Assembly (NCBI GenBank): GCA_963810095.1
Contig: CAWEMM010000010.1
Span: 160,001-224,000, forward strand
Source of the DNA: an uncultured Chloroflexia bacterium
GTDB taxonomy: Bacteria > Chloroflexota > Anaerolineae > CG2-30-64-16
Length of the DNA: 64,000 nt
Direction: 5' to 3'
A model generated the notes under the pieces. It made no database searches and was not told the origin of the DNA. It saw only the letters and a list, made by a program, of their open reading frames with translations. The position numbers and the translations under genes were made by a program. Below are positions 10,909-21,345 of this stretch, in pieces; the first letter of the stretch is position 1, and the number at the start of each line of letters is the position of its first letter.

Positions 10909-12276
10909 TCACTGCCCGTTGATGGCAGCATCGACCGCCGACGCCGGGTCGCTCTTGCCCGCCAGCACCGCCTCGATCGCCGCACGTATCCGCTCGGCGG
11001 TGCCGGCATAGTCGGTGCCGGCGGGCAGGCTGCGCGCCTGCGCCAGCAGCGAGTCGAGGAAGCTCATGTAGGGGCCGTCTCCGACCAGTTCCAACGCGTC
11101 GGAGGAGGTGGGCAGCCAGCCGGCACGCGCCGTCCATGCCCCGGCATTTTCCGGCTCGAGCAGCCACGCGAGAAACTCAGCCGCCGCCTGCTGACGAGCG
11201 GGGTCTCGGGTGACGATTGCGAGGGCCCAGCCGCTCGCCAGGCTGGGCGCGGGCCCGTCTGCGCCGGGCGTTGGGGCGTACTCGCCAGGTGCGTTGCCAC
11301 GGCCAAGGAATTGTCGGGCGCTGACGTATGCCAGGGGGCCCTGCCCCTGGGAAAAAGCGTTCCAGGTCTCCTCTTCGTCCGCAAGCCCCTCGCCCGACGG
11401 CGTGAGGACCCCGGCTTGCGCCGCGTCGGCGTAGAAGGCCAGGAGCTTGAGCAAGGGCTGCGGCTCGAGCAGCAGCCGGCGGTCTGCGGCGAGCGTGGCG
11501 CCGGCCGAGAGATACTGGCCCAGGACCGCGTGCGACAGGGCCGCTGAGGGTTGGCCCGCCGAACCTTGCGCGCTTCCGGTTTGCGCCCGCCCAATCGGGA
11601 AGAGGTACGCGGTGCGCCGCGCCAGCAGGTCGATCCAATTGGCAGGCGGCTCGGCGATCTGAGCAGGGAGATAGGTCGCATGGTCCACGTCGGCCAGGTA
11701 CTGGACCGCGTACAACTTGCCGTGGAACAGGCCCGCTTCAGAGGCAAAAGGGTAGAGGCTTTCGGTCACACGGCTGTCGAGTAAACCGTCGAGCGGCTGG
11801 AGGAGGCCGGCTTCAACTGCCTTTTCAACCTCCGCCACATCGAGTGCAATGATGTCTGGCAGCATATCGGGCGCAACGGGCTGGGAAGAGCGCAGCGCAT
11901 CTAGCAAGCCGCCCTTGCCGTACCGTGCCTTCCGCACCGCGTCGACGCGCACCTGGCCCCCCTGCGCCGCCGAGAAGGCTTCCATCTGCCCTGCGAGGAT
12001 CGGGCCGGCCGGTTGGGGCGCCTCCGGGCTCAGAAACTCCGGCGTCCACCACACCAGGGTCATGTCGTCCGCCTCGGCAGAACTGGCCGAGGTGGGCACG
12101 CTGGTGGGCTGCGGGGCAGCCGTGGGCGTGCTCGGGCGTGCGGTTGCGGGGGCAGGTGCGGGCGTGCCCGTGCAGCTCGCAAGCATCCATGCGAGCAAGA
12201 TCAGCAGCAGGGTTGGCAGCCACGCGGCGCCAGGGCGAGCGACGCCGTCGTTGCGGCGGCCTGAAGGAGTTGTCAT
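10909..12276 (-). CDS. Extracellular solute-binding lipoprotein
   Basis: Lipobox LASC, Pro/Thr linker, PDIIALD and LLQPLD motifs. Confidence 0.82.
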   Translation of the reverse strand: MTTPSGRRNDGVARPGAAWLPTLLLILLAWMLASCTGTPAPAPATARPSTPTAAPQPTSVPTSASSAEADDMTLVWWTPEFLSPEAPQPAGPILAGQMEAFSAAQGGQVRVDAVRKARYGKGGLLDALRSSQPVAPDMLPDIIALDVAEVEKAVEAGLLQPLDGLLDSRVTESLYPFASEAGLFHGKLYAVQYLADVDHATYLPAQIAEPPANWIDLLARRTAYLFPIGRAQTGSAQGSAGQPSAALSHAVLGQYLSAGATLAADRRLLLEPQPLLKLLAFYADAAQAGVLTPSGEGLADEEETWNAFSQGQGPLAYVSARQFLGRGNAPGEYAPTPGADGPAPSLASGWALAIVTRDPARQQAAAEFLAWLLEPENAGAWTARAGWLPTSSDALELVGDGPYMSFLDSLLAQARSLPAGTDYAGTAERIRAAIEAVLAGKSDPASAVDAAINGQ

Positions 12277-12511
12277 AGGGCTAAGCCGATTCTACGAAGG
12301 GCCAGGTCGTAAAGCGTTGGGCGTCGCCTGGGCGTACCGCACCGTTCTTCGACGTGGATCTGATTCAGACGATTATATCCCCGAGCGCATCCGGGCGCTA
12401 CCGGGGATGAGTTTGTGACGCTGCCGAGGGCAGAAAGGCTCCCGCTTAAAGAACAACCGCGTGCTCCTCGTAGAGAAGCACGCGGCGGCCGTTACGGCTT
12501 TATCGCAAAAC

Positions 12512-15010
12512 TCAGTTGACCAGTTCCTCGGTCGCCTCGGTCACGGTCGGCGGCGGAGGGGCGATGGTGACGGCATGCTCGACGTCGAACGCGAGCTCCT
12601 TGTTCTCCCCCAGCGTGACGCGCACCTTGCTGCCCGGCTTCACCTTGCCCGTCAGCATGGCTTCACTGAGCTGATCCTCCAGCTTGTCCTGGATGATGCG
12701 GCGCAGCGGCCGAGCGCCGTATTCGGCGTCGTAGCCCTCTTCCGCCAGGAAATCCTTGACCTCGTCGGCTATTTCGAGCGTCACGGACTGCTCGACGAGC
12801 TGCTCGTTCATCCGGGCCAGCTCCAGCCCCACGATGTCGCGGATCTGGTCCTTGCTCAGGCTGCGGAATACCATCGTGCCGTCCAGGCGGTTCAGGAACT
12901 CGGGCCGGAAGGTGCGCTTCAGCGCCTCGGTCACACGTTCCCGCATCACCTGGTATTCGTCTTCCTGGCGGGCCGTGTCGTCGCGGGTAGTTGCGAACCC
13001 GAGGGCGCCGCCATGTTTGATCAGGTTGGCCCCCACGTTCGACGTCATGACCAGGATCGTGTTACGGAAGTCGATCCTCCGGCCCTTGGCGTCGGCCAGG
13101 CTGCCGTCCTCCATAATCTGGAGGAGCATGTTAAAGACCTCAGGATGGGCCTTCTCGATCTCGTCCAGCAGCACGACCGAGTAGGGCCGGCGGCGAACCG
13201 CCTCGCTCAACTGGCCGCCTTCCTCGTAACCCACATAGCCGGGCGGTGCACCCACCAGGCGGCTCACGTTGTGCCGCTCCATGAACTCGCTCATGTCGAT
13301 CTTGATGAGCGCTTCTTCCGAGCCGAACAGGAATTCGGCCAGGCTCTTGGCGAGCAGCGTCTTGCCGACGCCCGTCGGGCCGAGGAACATGAACGTGCCG
13401 ATGGGCCGCTTCGGGTCCTTAAGGCCGGTGCGCGCCCGGCGCACCGCCCGCGAGATCGCCTTGACCGGTTCGTCCTGGCCGACCACCCGCTTGTGCAGGT
13501 AGGACTCCATCTCGAGCAGGCGGGCCGTTTCCTCGCCCACCAGCCGGGTCATGGGGATGCCGGTCCACATGCCGACCACCTCGGCAATGTCCTCTTCGGT
13601 CACCACAGGCTGCGGTGCAGCGTCCTCCCAGCCCTTGCGGAGCTGTTCGAGCTGCTTCTCGAGGTCCATCTCGTGGTGGCGCAGGTCGAGTGCATCGTCG
13701 TAGCGCTTGGCTTCGACGGCCTCTTCCTTGGCCTTTTGCGTCGTGCGCAGCTCGCGGAACGCATCGCGGAGCGTGTTCGCATACGGCGCCTTGTACATGC
13801 GGACGCGGCTGGACGCCTCGTCGATCAGGTCGATCGCCTTATCGGGCATGAACCGGTCGGGCACGTAACGAGCCGACAGGCGGGCGGCGGCGTTAAGCGC
13901 CTCGTCGCTGATCTTGAGCTGGTGGTGCGCCTCGTACATCTTGCGCACGCCCTTCAGGATCTCGATGGTCTGCTCGATCGTCGGCTCGTCGACCAGGATG
14001 GGCTGGAAGCGGCGCTCGAGCGCAGCATCGCCTTCGATGTACTTCCGGTATTCGTCCAGTGTCGTCGCGCCGATGCACTGCAACTCGCCGCGGGCCAGCG
14101 CGGGCTTGAGCAGGTTCGCTGCGTCCACGCTGCTGCCGGCCGAGCCGGCGCCTACGAGCATGTGCACCTCGTCGATGAACAGGATCGCGTCGGAGTTCGT
14201 GATCTCCTCGATGACCTTCTTCAGGCGCTCTTCGAACTGGCCCCGGTACATGGTGCCGGCGACCAAGGAGCCCACGTCGAGCATGAGCACCCGCTTGTCC
14301 ATCAGCGTTTCGGGCACGTCGCCGTCGATGATCCGCTGTGCCAGGCCCTCCACGATCGCCGTTTTGCCGACGCCGGGCTCACCGATGAGCGCAGGGTTGT
14401 TCTTCGTGCGGCGGCTGAGGATCTGGATGACCCGCTCGATCTCTTTCTCGCGACCGATCACGGGGTCGAGCTTGCCCTCTTCCGCACGGGCGGTGAGGTC
14501 CATGCCCAACTGGTCGGTGAGCGGCGTCTTGCTCTCGCGCTTCTTAGTCGTTTTCTCCTGAAGCTGATTCTCCAGGATGGTGCGCGTGGTCTGCTGGCGA
14601 ATCTTATCCAGGCTCGCGCCGACGCTGCGCAGCACCTCGGCCGCAATGCCTTCGTCCTCGCGAACAAGGCCCAGCAGCAGGTGTTCCGTACCAATGTAGG
14701 AATGCCCCATCTGGCGGGCTTCCTCGACGGCCAACTCGATGACGCGCTTGGTGCGTGGCGTCAATGTCGGCTTGCCGAAGGGCGGGCGTGGGTTGCGCGG
14801 GGCCATCCGCTCGACCTGGCGAACCACTTCTGCCGGCGTCGCGCCGACTTCTTTCAGAACTTTCGAAGCCAGCCCGTTCTCTTCTTTTGCCAGGCCCAGC
14901 AGCAGGTGTTCGGTGCCCACATAGTTATGGTTGAGCCGCATGGCCTCTTCCTGGGCAATCTGCAGCACCTGTCGTGCATGTTTGGTAAATCGGTCCAGTT
15001 TGTCCGACAT
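12512..15010 (-). CDS. clpC: ATP-dependent Clp protease ATP-binding subunit ClpC
   Basis: Two Clp-N repeats (GTEHLLLGL), Walker A GEPGVGKT and [23 protein letters not shown]-like middle domain. Confidence 0.96.
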   Translation of the reverse strand: MSDKLDRFTKHARQVLQIAQEEAMRLNHNYVGTEHLLLGLAKEENGLASKVLKEVGATPAEVVRQVERMAPRNPRPPFGKPTLTPRTKRVIELAVEEARQMGHSYIGTEHLLLGLVREDEGIAAEVLRSVGASLDKIRQQTTRTILENQLQEKTTKKRESKTPLTDQLGMDLTARAEEGKLDPVIGREKEIERVIQILSRRTKNNPALIGEPGVGKTAIVEGLAQRIIDGDVPETLMDKRVLMLDVGSLVAGTMYRGQFEERLKKVIEEITNSDAILFIDEVHMLVGAGSAGSSVDAANLLKPALARGELQCIGATTLDEYRKYIEGDAALERRFQPILVDEPTIEQTIEILKGVRKMYEAHHQLKISDEALNAAARLSARYVPDRFMPDKAIDLIDEASSRVRMYKAPYANTLRDAFRELRTTQKAKEEAVEAKRYDDALDLRHHEMDLEKQLEQLRKGWEDAAPQPVVTEEDIAEVVGMWTGIPMTRLVGEETARLLEMESYLHKRVVGQDEPVKAISRAVRRARTGLKDPKRPIGTFMFLGPTGVGKTLLAKSLAEFLFGSEEALIKIDMSEFMERHNVSRLVGAPPGYVGYEEGGQLSEAVRRRPYSVVLLDEIEKAHPEVFNMLLQIMEDGSLADAKGRRIDFRNTILVMTSNVGANLIKHGGALGFATTRDDTARQEDEYQVMRERVTEALKRTFRPEFLNRLDGTMVFRSLSKDQIRDIVGLELARMNEQLVEQSVTLEIADEVKDFLAEEGYDAEYGARPLRRIIQDKLEDQLSEAMLTGKVKPGSKVRVTLGENKELAFDVEHAVTIAPPPPTVTEATEELVN

Positions 15011-15358
15011 AGTATTCTCATCCTTCACGAGTGCGACTCGTGCGTGAACGCCGTTCCTTCACGAGTTGGCGCCTGCGTAGAGGCTGTCTTCGTGACTAAT
15101 TCAACTCGTACTCGCACCCTGTGCGTCGTCATGCGAGCTTTTGTGCCGCTGCATATGCCTAACGGTCCACTGCCGGCCGCCGTTCCCTGTTCAGCGATCC
15201 AGGTGGCCCCGGTCACAAACGATTATAACATAAGCCGAAAGGGGTGTCGTAAGCCGCGTTCCTGTGACTTTTCTCCCCTACGTCCGCCATCATTCAACGG
15301 ACCTTGATGTTAGATGCCTGGCGGCCGCCAGGGTTACCATAACCACGATCCCGCCGAT

Positions 15359-15396
15359 AAAAACAGGGGCGGCGCACTGTTGTGCCTCCGCCCCCT
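15359..15396 (-). terminator. Intrinsic terminator downstream of rpsA
   Basis: Minus strand AGGGGCGG...CCGCCCCT followed by GTTTTT. Confidence 0.7.
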
Positions 15397-15449
15397 TGGG
15401 TAGCAAGTGTATAGGTTACGGATCCGCCGCCCGATGGGCGACCGGCGAG

Positions 15450-16685
15450 CTACACCTGCTCTACGGGAAGCACCTCCGCAGGCACGCCTTCCAGGACGTT
15501 CAGCGCCTCGTCTGCGTCAGACTCGTCGGCGTCAGCCGCCCAGTCGACGTAGTTGTCGTCAGACGCCTGGCGCAGGCTCAGGCCGATGCGGCGATGCTGC
15601 GGATCGATCCGAATGACCCGCACTTGCACGACGTCGCCTTCCTGGACGATTTCTTTGGGATGGTTGATGCGATAGTCGGCCATCTCCGAGATATGAATCA
15701 GGCCCTCGATCGAGTCGTCCATCTTGGCAAAGGCGCCAAAAGCGGCCAGGCGCGTGACGGTGGCGGTAATGACCTGGCCCACCACGTAGCGATCGGCAAC
15801 GACGCTCCATGGTTCCGGCGACAGCCGGCGCAGGCTCAGCCCAATGCGCTTGCGTTCCTCGTCCACGTTCATCACGTAGACTTCGACTTCCTGGCCCACC
15901 CGCAAGATTTCGCGCGGGTGCTCCACCCGGTGCCAGGCCAGTTCTGAAAGGTGGATCAGGCCGTCGGCCCCGCCCAAATCGACGAAGGCGCCGAAGTCGG
16001 CAATGCTGGTGACGATGCCCTTCAGAATGTCGCCCTTGTTAAGGGTGGAAAGCAGGCGGTCCTTCTGGTTCTTGCGCCAGTCACGCATGGCAGCCCGTTC
16101 GGACAGGATCAGGCGATTGCGCTGCCGGTCCATTTCGACGACCTTCAGCTGCATGTTCTGGCCGACCAACCGTGCCCAGCGCTGCTCCGGGTCGCCTTCT
16201 GCATCCTGCTGGGCCTGCCAACGGGCAGACAGCTGCGAGGCCGGGACAAACCCTCGCACCCGTCCCACCCGAACGATCACGCCACCGCGATTGTAGCCGG
16301 TGACCACACCCTCAAAGACGTCTTGCGACTGGAATAGTTCCTCAGCCTGACGCCAGTCCTGTTCCTGCTGCGCCCGCGCCAGCGAGATGACGACGTTGCC
16401 GTCGCGGTCTTCTGGCTGTACGACGACCGCAGTGATGGGGTCGCCGACGGCGACGGTCTCCAGGAACTCTTTCCCCAGCCGCTCCAATTCTCGGGGATCG
16501 ACGATGGCATCGGCCTTGTACGGGATTGCGACGAGGACTTGATTGGGGCTGATGCTGACGATGGTGCCTTCGACCGTGTCGCCCTGGCGTAACTGTGAGA
16601 AGGTCAAGAGGTCTAGCGACAGGGCGTCCATGGGGTTGGGCTCGGCTGCAGGTTGGGCAGACTGCAGCGCTTTCTGCGTCTTCAT
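15450..16685 (-). CDS. rpsA: 30S ribosomal protein S1 (four S1 domains)
   Basis: S1 repeats GFVPASQL, FGAFVDLGGADGLIHLSEL, EGLIHISEM. Confidence 0.9.
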   Translation of the reverse strand: MKTQKALQSAQPAAEPNPMDALSLDLLTFSQLRQGDTVEGTIVSISPNQVLVAIPYKADAIVDPRELERLGKEFLETVAVGDPITAVVVQPEDRDGNVVISLARAQQEQDWRQAEELFQSQDVFEGVVTGYNRGGVIVRVGRVRGFVPASQLSARWQAQQDAEGDPEQRWARLVGQNMQLKVVEMDRQRNRLILSERAAMRDWRKNQKDRLLSTLNKGDILKGIVTSIADFGAFVDLGGADGLIHLSELAWHRVEHPREILRVGQEVEVYVMNVDEERKRIGLSLRRLSPEPWSVVADRYVVGQVITATVTRLAAFGAFAKMDDSIEGLIHISEMADYRINHPKEIVQEGDVVQVRVIRIDPQHRRIGLSLRQASDDNYVDWAADADESDADEALNVLEGVPAEVLPVEQV

Positions 16686-16723
16686 GAGAATGATGGCTCC
16701 CCCTCCAACAAAGACTGAAACGG

Positions 16724-16752
16724 ATTATACCGGACTACCGGAGAACGCGCAA
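16724..16752 (-). promoter_or_regulatory. sigma70-type promoter of rpsA
   Basis: Minus strand TTGCGC-N17-TATAAT. Confidence 0.6.
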
Positions 16753-16847
16753 GTAGAGTGCTGGCGAGAAGGGCAGTTCTCGTCTTACACGATTGGATGT
16801 GTCTCCTGCGAGTGGAAACTTTTGTTGGCAAACGCTATGCTTCGACG

Positions 16848-17231
16848 TCAGCGTTGGGGCACGTACGCGACCATTTCGATCTCGACCAGGGCCTTGCGCG
16901 GCAGGCCGGCGACTTGGACGGTCGAACGCGCCGGCGGCTGGGTCACGAATTCTGCGGCATAGAGCGTGTTGACGACCTGGAAGTCTGCCATGTCGGCCAG
17001 GAAGATGGTCGTCTTGATCACATGCTCGAACCCCGTGTTCGCCGCGGCGAGCACCGCGTGCAGGTTCGCCAGCACCTGGCGCATCTGGGCCTCGACACCC
17101 TCGACCAGCTTGCCGGATTCGGGCTCCAGCCCGATCTGGCCGGAGGTGAAGACGAAGTCGCCTGCGCGCACGGCCTGGCTGTAGGGGCCGATGGCGGCCG
17201 GGGCGGACGACGTGTTGATGATCTCAGGCAT
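16848..17231 (-). CDS. ridA: RidA family enamine/imine deaminase
   Basis: APAAIGPYSQAV, SGQIG, PPARSTVQV, LVEIE motifs. Confidence 0.92.
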   Translation of the reverse strand: MPEIINTSSAPAAIGPYSQAVRAGDFVFTSGQIGLEPESGKLVEGVEAQMRQVLANLHAVLAAANTGFEHVIKTTIFLADMADFQVVNTLYAAEFVTQPPARSTVQVAGLPRKALVEIEMVAYVPQR

Positions 17232-17258
17232 AGGTGGCCTCCGCGTCATGGTATCAAT

Positions 17259-17310
17259 AAACCTTCGAGGTTGCGTCACCCGGGGTGACGGTCGAAACCT
17301 CGAAGGTTTT
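17259..17310. repeat. Palindromic REP-like element, family E
   Basis: aaaccttcgaggtt...aacctcgaaggttt enclosing gtcaccccggggtgac. Confidence 0.65.
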
Positions 17311-17321
17311 GAGTGTCGCTG

Positions 17322-20210
17322 CTACGCAACCACGATATTGATCAGCTTGCCGCCCGCAAAGATGACCTTGCGCACTTGCTTGCCTTCAAACCACTTCTGC
17401 ACCGAGGGGCTGTTCAGCGCCAGCTCGCGCGCCTGGTCTTCCGTGATCCCCGCCGGCGCCTCGAGGCGGTCGCGCACCTTGCCGTTCACCTGGACCACCA
17501 GCGTCACGACGTCGGCCTTGGCCAACTCGGGGTCGTATTTCGGCCACGGGTGCACGTGGACGCTCTTGTCGGGGTCAAACCCACCGTCGGCCGCCCCTCC
17601 GGTCCCGTGGCGCTCCTGCCACAGTTCCTCGGCAATGTGCGGCATGGCCGGCGCCATCATCAGGATCAGGCTGTCGATCGCTTCATCCCAGGCCGGCGTC
17701 CCGACGACTGCCGTCTCGCGCGCCTTGATCAGGTAATTGTTAAACTCCATCAGCGCGCTGATTACGGTATTCCACTTGAACGTCTCGACGTCTTCGGTGA
17801 CCTTTTGCAGCGTCTTGTGCGTCATGTGGCGCAGCTCGCGCACCTGCCCGTCCGCCGCATCCTGAGCGGGCGCCAGCGAAGCTGGCGTGGTCGAAGGACG
17901 CTCGGCCACCACCGCCCACACCCGCTCCAGAAAGCGCTTCACGCCTTCGATGCCCGTAAAATTCCAGGGTCCGCCTGCGTCCCAGGGGCCGATGAACATC
18001 AGGTACGCCCGCACCGTGTCCGCGCCATACTTCTCCACGTAGCCGTCGGGTGCCACGACGTTGCCACGGCTCTTGCTCATGCGCAGGCCGTCAGGCCCGA
18101 GGATGATGCCCTGATTGAACAGCCGCAGCATCGGCTCGCGGAAGTTGACCACGCCCATGTCGGCCAGCGCCTTGGTGAAGAAGCGGGTGTACAGCAGGTG
18201 CATCGTGGCATGCTCGTGCCCGCCTGTGTACTGGTCGACGGGCAGCCAGTAGTCACCCTTCGCGCGGTCCCACGGCAGGTCATCCGGGCTCAGCTTTTCG
18301 CCGGCCTTCCAATAAGGCGAGACGTACGCGTACTGGTACCACGAGGAGCACATGAACGTGTCCATCGTGTCCGTCTCGCGCCGGGCCGGCCCGCCGCACT
18401 GGGGGCAGGTGGTATGCAGGAAGCCCTCGTGGAACTTCAGCGCGTTCTCGCCGGTCGGCGGCACCTTGGCATCGGTGGGCAAGATCACGGGGAGGTTCTC
18501 GTACTTCTCGGGCACGACGCCGCATTGCTCGCAGTAGATCATGGGAATCGGCGCGCCCCAGTAGCGCTGCCGGCTGATCAACCAGTCGTGCAGGCGGTAC
18601 TGGACGTCGAACCGGCCCAGGCCCTGCGACTGCAGCCACTCGGTCACCTTCGCCTTGGCGACGTCGCCCGGCGTGCCGGTGAACGCGCCCGAGTGGATCA
18701 TGGTCCCGTAATCGTGGTGATGCAGCACGTCGCGATACCACTCGACCGCGTGCCACATCGCCATGGTCGTGGCAAACTGCCGGGTGTAGTCGTACCCCGC
18801 ATGGCAGCGGGCCATGATTGCGCTGTCCGCCTCGACCGAGTCCAGCGTCAGCGCCTCGACGGTGTCGGGGGCTGCGTCGCGGAACACGACCTGCCAGCCC
18901 AGCCCGACGATGTCTGCCCAGTGGCCCGGCTTGAGGTGCTGCTGCAGCAGGTCGCGATAGGTCGCGACTTGCCCCTCTCCCTCCAGCTCGACGCCGACGA
19001 AATCGCCGCGGCCCGGGATCGTCAGCGGGCTCCAGCGCAGGTGTGCCGCGGTCAACGCGCCGGCAAAATCGCCCTCGACCGAGCCGGTCCAGACGGCGCT
19101 CTTCGCCCGGCCGTCGTTCCGCTCGATAACGGGGATGACCGGCAGCCCGAACTTCATGGCGAACGCAAAGTCGCGCTCGTCGTGCGCCGGCACACCCATG
19201 ATGGCGCCCGTCCCGTACGACATCATCACATAGTCCGCGATCCAGATCGGGACGCGTTTTCCGTTGACCGGGTTGATCGCATATGCGCCGGTGGCAACGC
19301 CGGTCTTCTCGCGCTCGGCCGTCGCGCGCTCGATCTCAGTCTGCATGCCCGTCTGCGCCTGGTAGGCTTTGACCCGCTCGCGATGCGACTCGGGCGTCAG
19401 CTTGTCGACCAGGGGGTGCTCGGGGGCGAGCACCATGAAGGTGGCTCCCCACAGGGTATCAGGGCGAGTGGTGAACACCACCAGCTCGTCGCCCTGTTCG
19501 CTCTTGAAAGCCACCTCGGCGCCTTCACTGCGGTCGCCGATCCAATTCGTCTGTGCCTGCCGGATGCGCTCGGGCCAGTCGATATTGTCAAACCGTTTCA
19601 GTTCTTCGGCGTAGTCCGTGATCTTGAAGTACCACTGTTCGAGCAGGCGGCGCTCCACCTGGCTGTCGCAGCGTTCGCAGCGGCGGTCGTCGCCCACGAC
19701 CTGCTCGCGCGCCAGGGTCGTGTTGCACGTCGGGCAGAAATCGACGGGGCTCTTTTTGCGGTAGGCCAGGCCCGCGTCGTGCAGCTTGAGGAAGAACCAC
19801 TGCGACCACTTGTAGTATTCCGGCTCGCAGCTGACGGCCTCGTGTTCCCATGACCACATCGCACCCATCGTGCGCAGTTGCCCGCGCATCCGGTCGATGT
19901 TCTGCATCGTCCACGTGTAGGGGTGGGTGCCGTGGCGGATCGCGGCGTTTTCCGCCGGCAGGCCGAATGCATCGAAGCCAATGGGGAAGAAGACGTTGTG
20001 CCCCTGCATGCGCCGGTAACGCGCGCCTGCATCGGAGGGCGTCATCGCATACCAGTGGCCGATGTGCAGGTCGCCTGAGGGGTAGGGGAGCATGGTAAGG
20101 AAGTACCATTTCGGCCGGTCGGCAACCTCGCGCGTCACGTACAGGCCGCTCTCGGCCCATAACTTGTGCCACTTCGGCTCGATGTCCTGCGGAATGTACT
20201 TCGTGTTCAT
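17322..20210 (-). CDS. leuS: Leucine--tRNA ligase with ~130-aa insertion
   Basis: PYPSGDLHIGH, FTTRPDT, GTGAIMGVPAHDERD, DWLISRQRYWG, RMSKS motifs. Confidence 0.97.
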   Translation of the reverse strand: MNTKYIPQDIEPKWHKLWAESGLYVTREVADRPKWYFLTMLPYPSGDLHIGHWYAMTPSDAGARYRRMQGHNVFFPIGFDAFGLPAENAAIRHGTHPYTWTMQNIDRMRGQLRTMGAMWSWEHEAVSCEPEYYKWSQWFFLKLHDAGLAYRKKSPVDFCPTCNTTLAREQVVGDDRRCERCDSQVERRLLEQWYFKITDYAEELKRFDNIDWPERIRQAQTNWIGDRSEGAEVAFKSEQGDELVVFTTRPDTLWGATFMVLAPEHPLVDKLTPESHRERVKAYQAQTGMQTEIERATAEREKTGVATGAYAINPVNGKRVPIWIADYVMMSYGTGAIMGVPAHDERDFAFAMKFGLPVIPVIERNDGRAKSAVWTGSVEGDFAGALTAAHLRWSPLTIPGRGDFVGVELEGEGQVATYRDLLQQHLKPGHWADIVGLGWQVVFRDAAPDTVEALTLDSVEADSAIMARCHAGYDYTRQFATTMAMWHAVEWYRDVLHHHDYGTMIHSGAFTGTPGDVAKAKVTEWLQSQGLGRFDVQYRLHDWLISRQRYWGAPIPMIYCEQCGVVPEKYENLPVILPTDAKVPPTGENALKFHEGFLHTTCPQCGGPARRETDTMDTFMCSSWYQYAYVSPYWKAGEKLSPDDLPWDRAKGDYWLPVDQYTGGHEHATMHLLYTRFFTKALADMGVVNFREPMLRLFNQGIILGPDGLRMSKSRGNVVAPDGYVEKYGADTVRAYLMFIGPWDAGGPWNFTGIEGVKRFLERVWAVVAERPSTTPASLAPAQDAADGQVRELRHMTHKTLQKVTEDVETFKWNTVISALMEFNNYLIKARETAVVGTPAWDEAIDSLILMMAPAMPHIAEELWQERHGTGGAADGGFDPDKSVHVHPWPKYDPELAKADVVTLVVQVNGKVRDRLEAPAGITEDQARELALNSPSVQKWFEGKQVRKVIFAGGKLINIVVA

Positions 20211-20274
20211 GCGGCTCCCTATCTTCCCTGTGGGCTTACTGTTCTGCGCAGCAGGACAGTTAACAATTAGACAA

Positions 20275-20310
20275 CGAAAAATCCCCTTCGCCTACTAGGT
20301 CGAAGGGGAC
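20275..20310 (-). terminator. Intrinsic terminator after the tRNA-Ala pair
   Basis: Minus strand TCCCCTTCG...CGAAGGGGA followed by TTTTT. Confidence 0.75.
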
Positions 20311-20338
20311 TCGTGCACACCAAACTGGTAGCCGGTAG

Positions 20339-20411
<73 letters not shown>

Positions 20412-20501
20412 ATTCTCGCCGACCTTCGTTCCTAAGTGGATTGGCCTTCCTTTCGAAGGTGATCGGGCGTAAGCATTGCGGTCCCCAGTTGGTTGTGCCA
20501 G

Positions 20502-20574
20502 TGGAGCTGAGGGGACTCGAACCCCTTGCCTCTACAGTGCGATTGTAGCGCTCTCCCAGATGAGCTACAGCCCC
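20502..20574 (-). tRNA. tRNA-Ala(CGC), CCA not encoded
   Basis: GGGGCTG/CAGCTCC acceptor stem with G3:U70, anticodon arm CTACA-ATCGCAC-TGTAG, T-loop TTCGAGT. Confidence 0.96.
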
Positions 20575-20588
20575 GACAGGTAAGCGTG

Positions 20589-20617
20589 AGTATACGCAGA
20601 TGGGGCGAAAGTGTCAA
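20589..20617 (-). promoter_or_regulatory. Promoter of the tRNA pair
   Basis: Minus strand TTGACA-N17-TATACT. Confidence 0.8.
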
Positions 20618-20769
20618 ATACCGCGGGCATTCTCCGGTTGCGCCGGCTTTTCTGACCACGACGACACGAAGAACCGAGCGCTCACGAAGCCGGCGCAGGT
20701 GCTTGAGGGACCGCCTTTGTGGTCCTGTGTGTCGCCGGGTCTTCGTGGTGAGACGGATATTCCTGCACC

Positions 20770-20798
20770 TTGACAGGCAGGCAAGCGCAAAGTATCAT
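20770..20798 (+). promoter_or_regulatory. sigma70-type promoter
   Basis: TTGACA-N17-TATCAT. Confidence 0.7.
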
Positions 20799-20858
20799 CA
20801 CCACGGTTTGTGATCCTGGTTTCAAGGCCGTTTCGTTTCGCATGACAGGAGGGCAAGC

Positions 20859-21296
20859 ATGGGTTTCTCCGGTAATTTCTGGATCGACGTCCACATGGTG
20901 TGGCGCTGGGTGCTGCTGGCGGCCGGCCTGGCGGTCATCGTCAAGGCCCTGCTCGGGTGGCTGGGCAAGAAGCCGTGGGGCAAGCTGGACGACCAGTTGG
21001 GCATGTTCTACACCATCGCCGTCGATATCCAGTTCCTGCTCGGCCTGATCCTGTGGTTCGTCGGGCCGTTCAAGATCACGAATGCCGGCGCACTGATGTC
21101 GAGCCCACTTGCCCGCTTCTACATCATCGAACATCCGCTCCTCATGCTGGTGGCCCTGGCGTTGGCTCACATCGGCCGGAGCCGGTCGCGCAAGGCCGAG
21201 CCGGATGTGCAGAAGCACAAGATGGCCTTCATCTTCTACCTGTTGAGCTTCCTGTTCATCGTCCTGATCTTCATCCTGCGCATCAGCATTCGCTGA
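20859..21296 (+). CDS. Four-TM hypothetical membrane protein
   Basis: Hydrophobic helices, EHPLLM...AHIG motif, RBS ggagg. Confidence 0.8.
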   Translation: MGFSGNFWIDVHMVWRWVLLAAGLAVIVKALLGWLGKKPWGKLDDQLGMFYTIAVDIQFLLGLILWFVGPFKITNAGALMSSPLARFYIIEHPLLMLVALALAHIGRSRSRKAEPDVQKHKMAFIFYLLSFLFIVLIFILRISIR

Positions 21297-21345
21297 TACG
21301 CGGCGTGCTCGCCCCCGCGAGCCGATTGCTGCTAAAATCTAGCCG

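Noticed and set aside
15011-15350. CIRCE or CtsR operator upstream of clpC
   Set aside because: No TTAGCACTC-N9-GAGTGCTAA or GTCAAA direct repeats; only a small hairpin and an extended -10.
18714-19110. Intein in LeuRS
   Set aside because: No intein splice-junction residues or homing-endonuclease motifs.
20211-20338. T-box upstream of leuS
   Set aside because: No GGTGGNACC motif and no room for stem I; the hairpin is the tRNA operon terminator.
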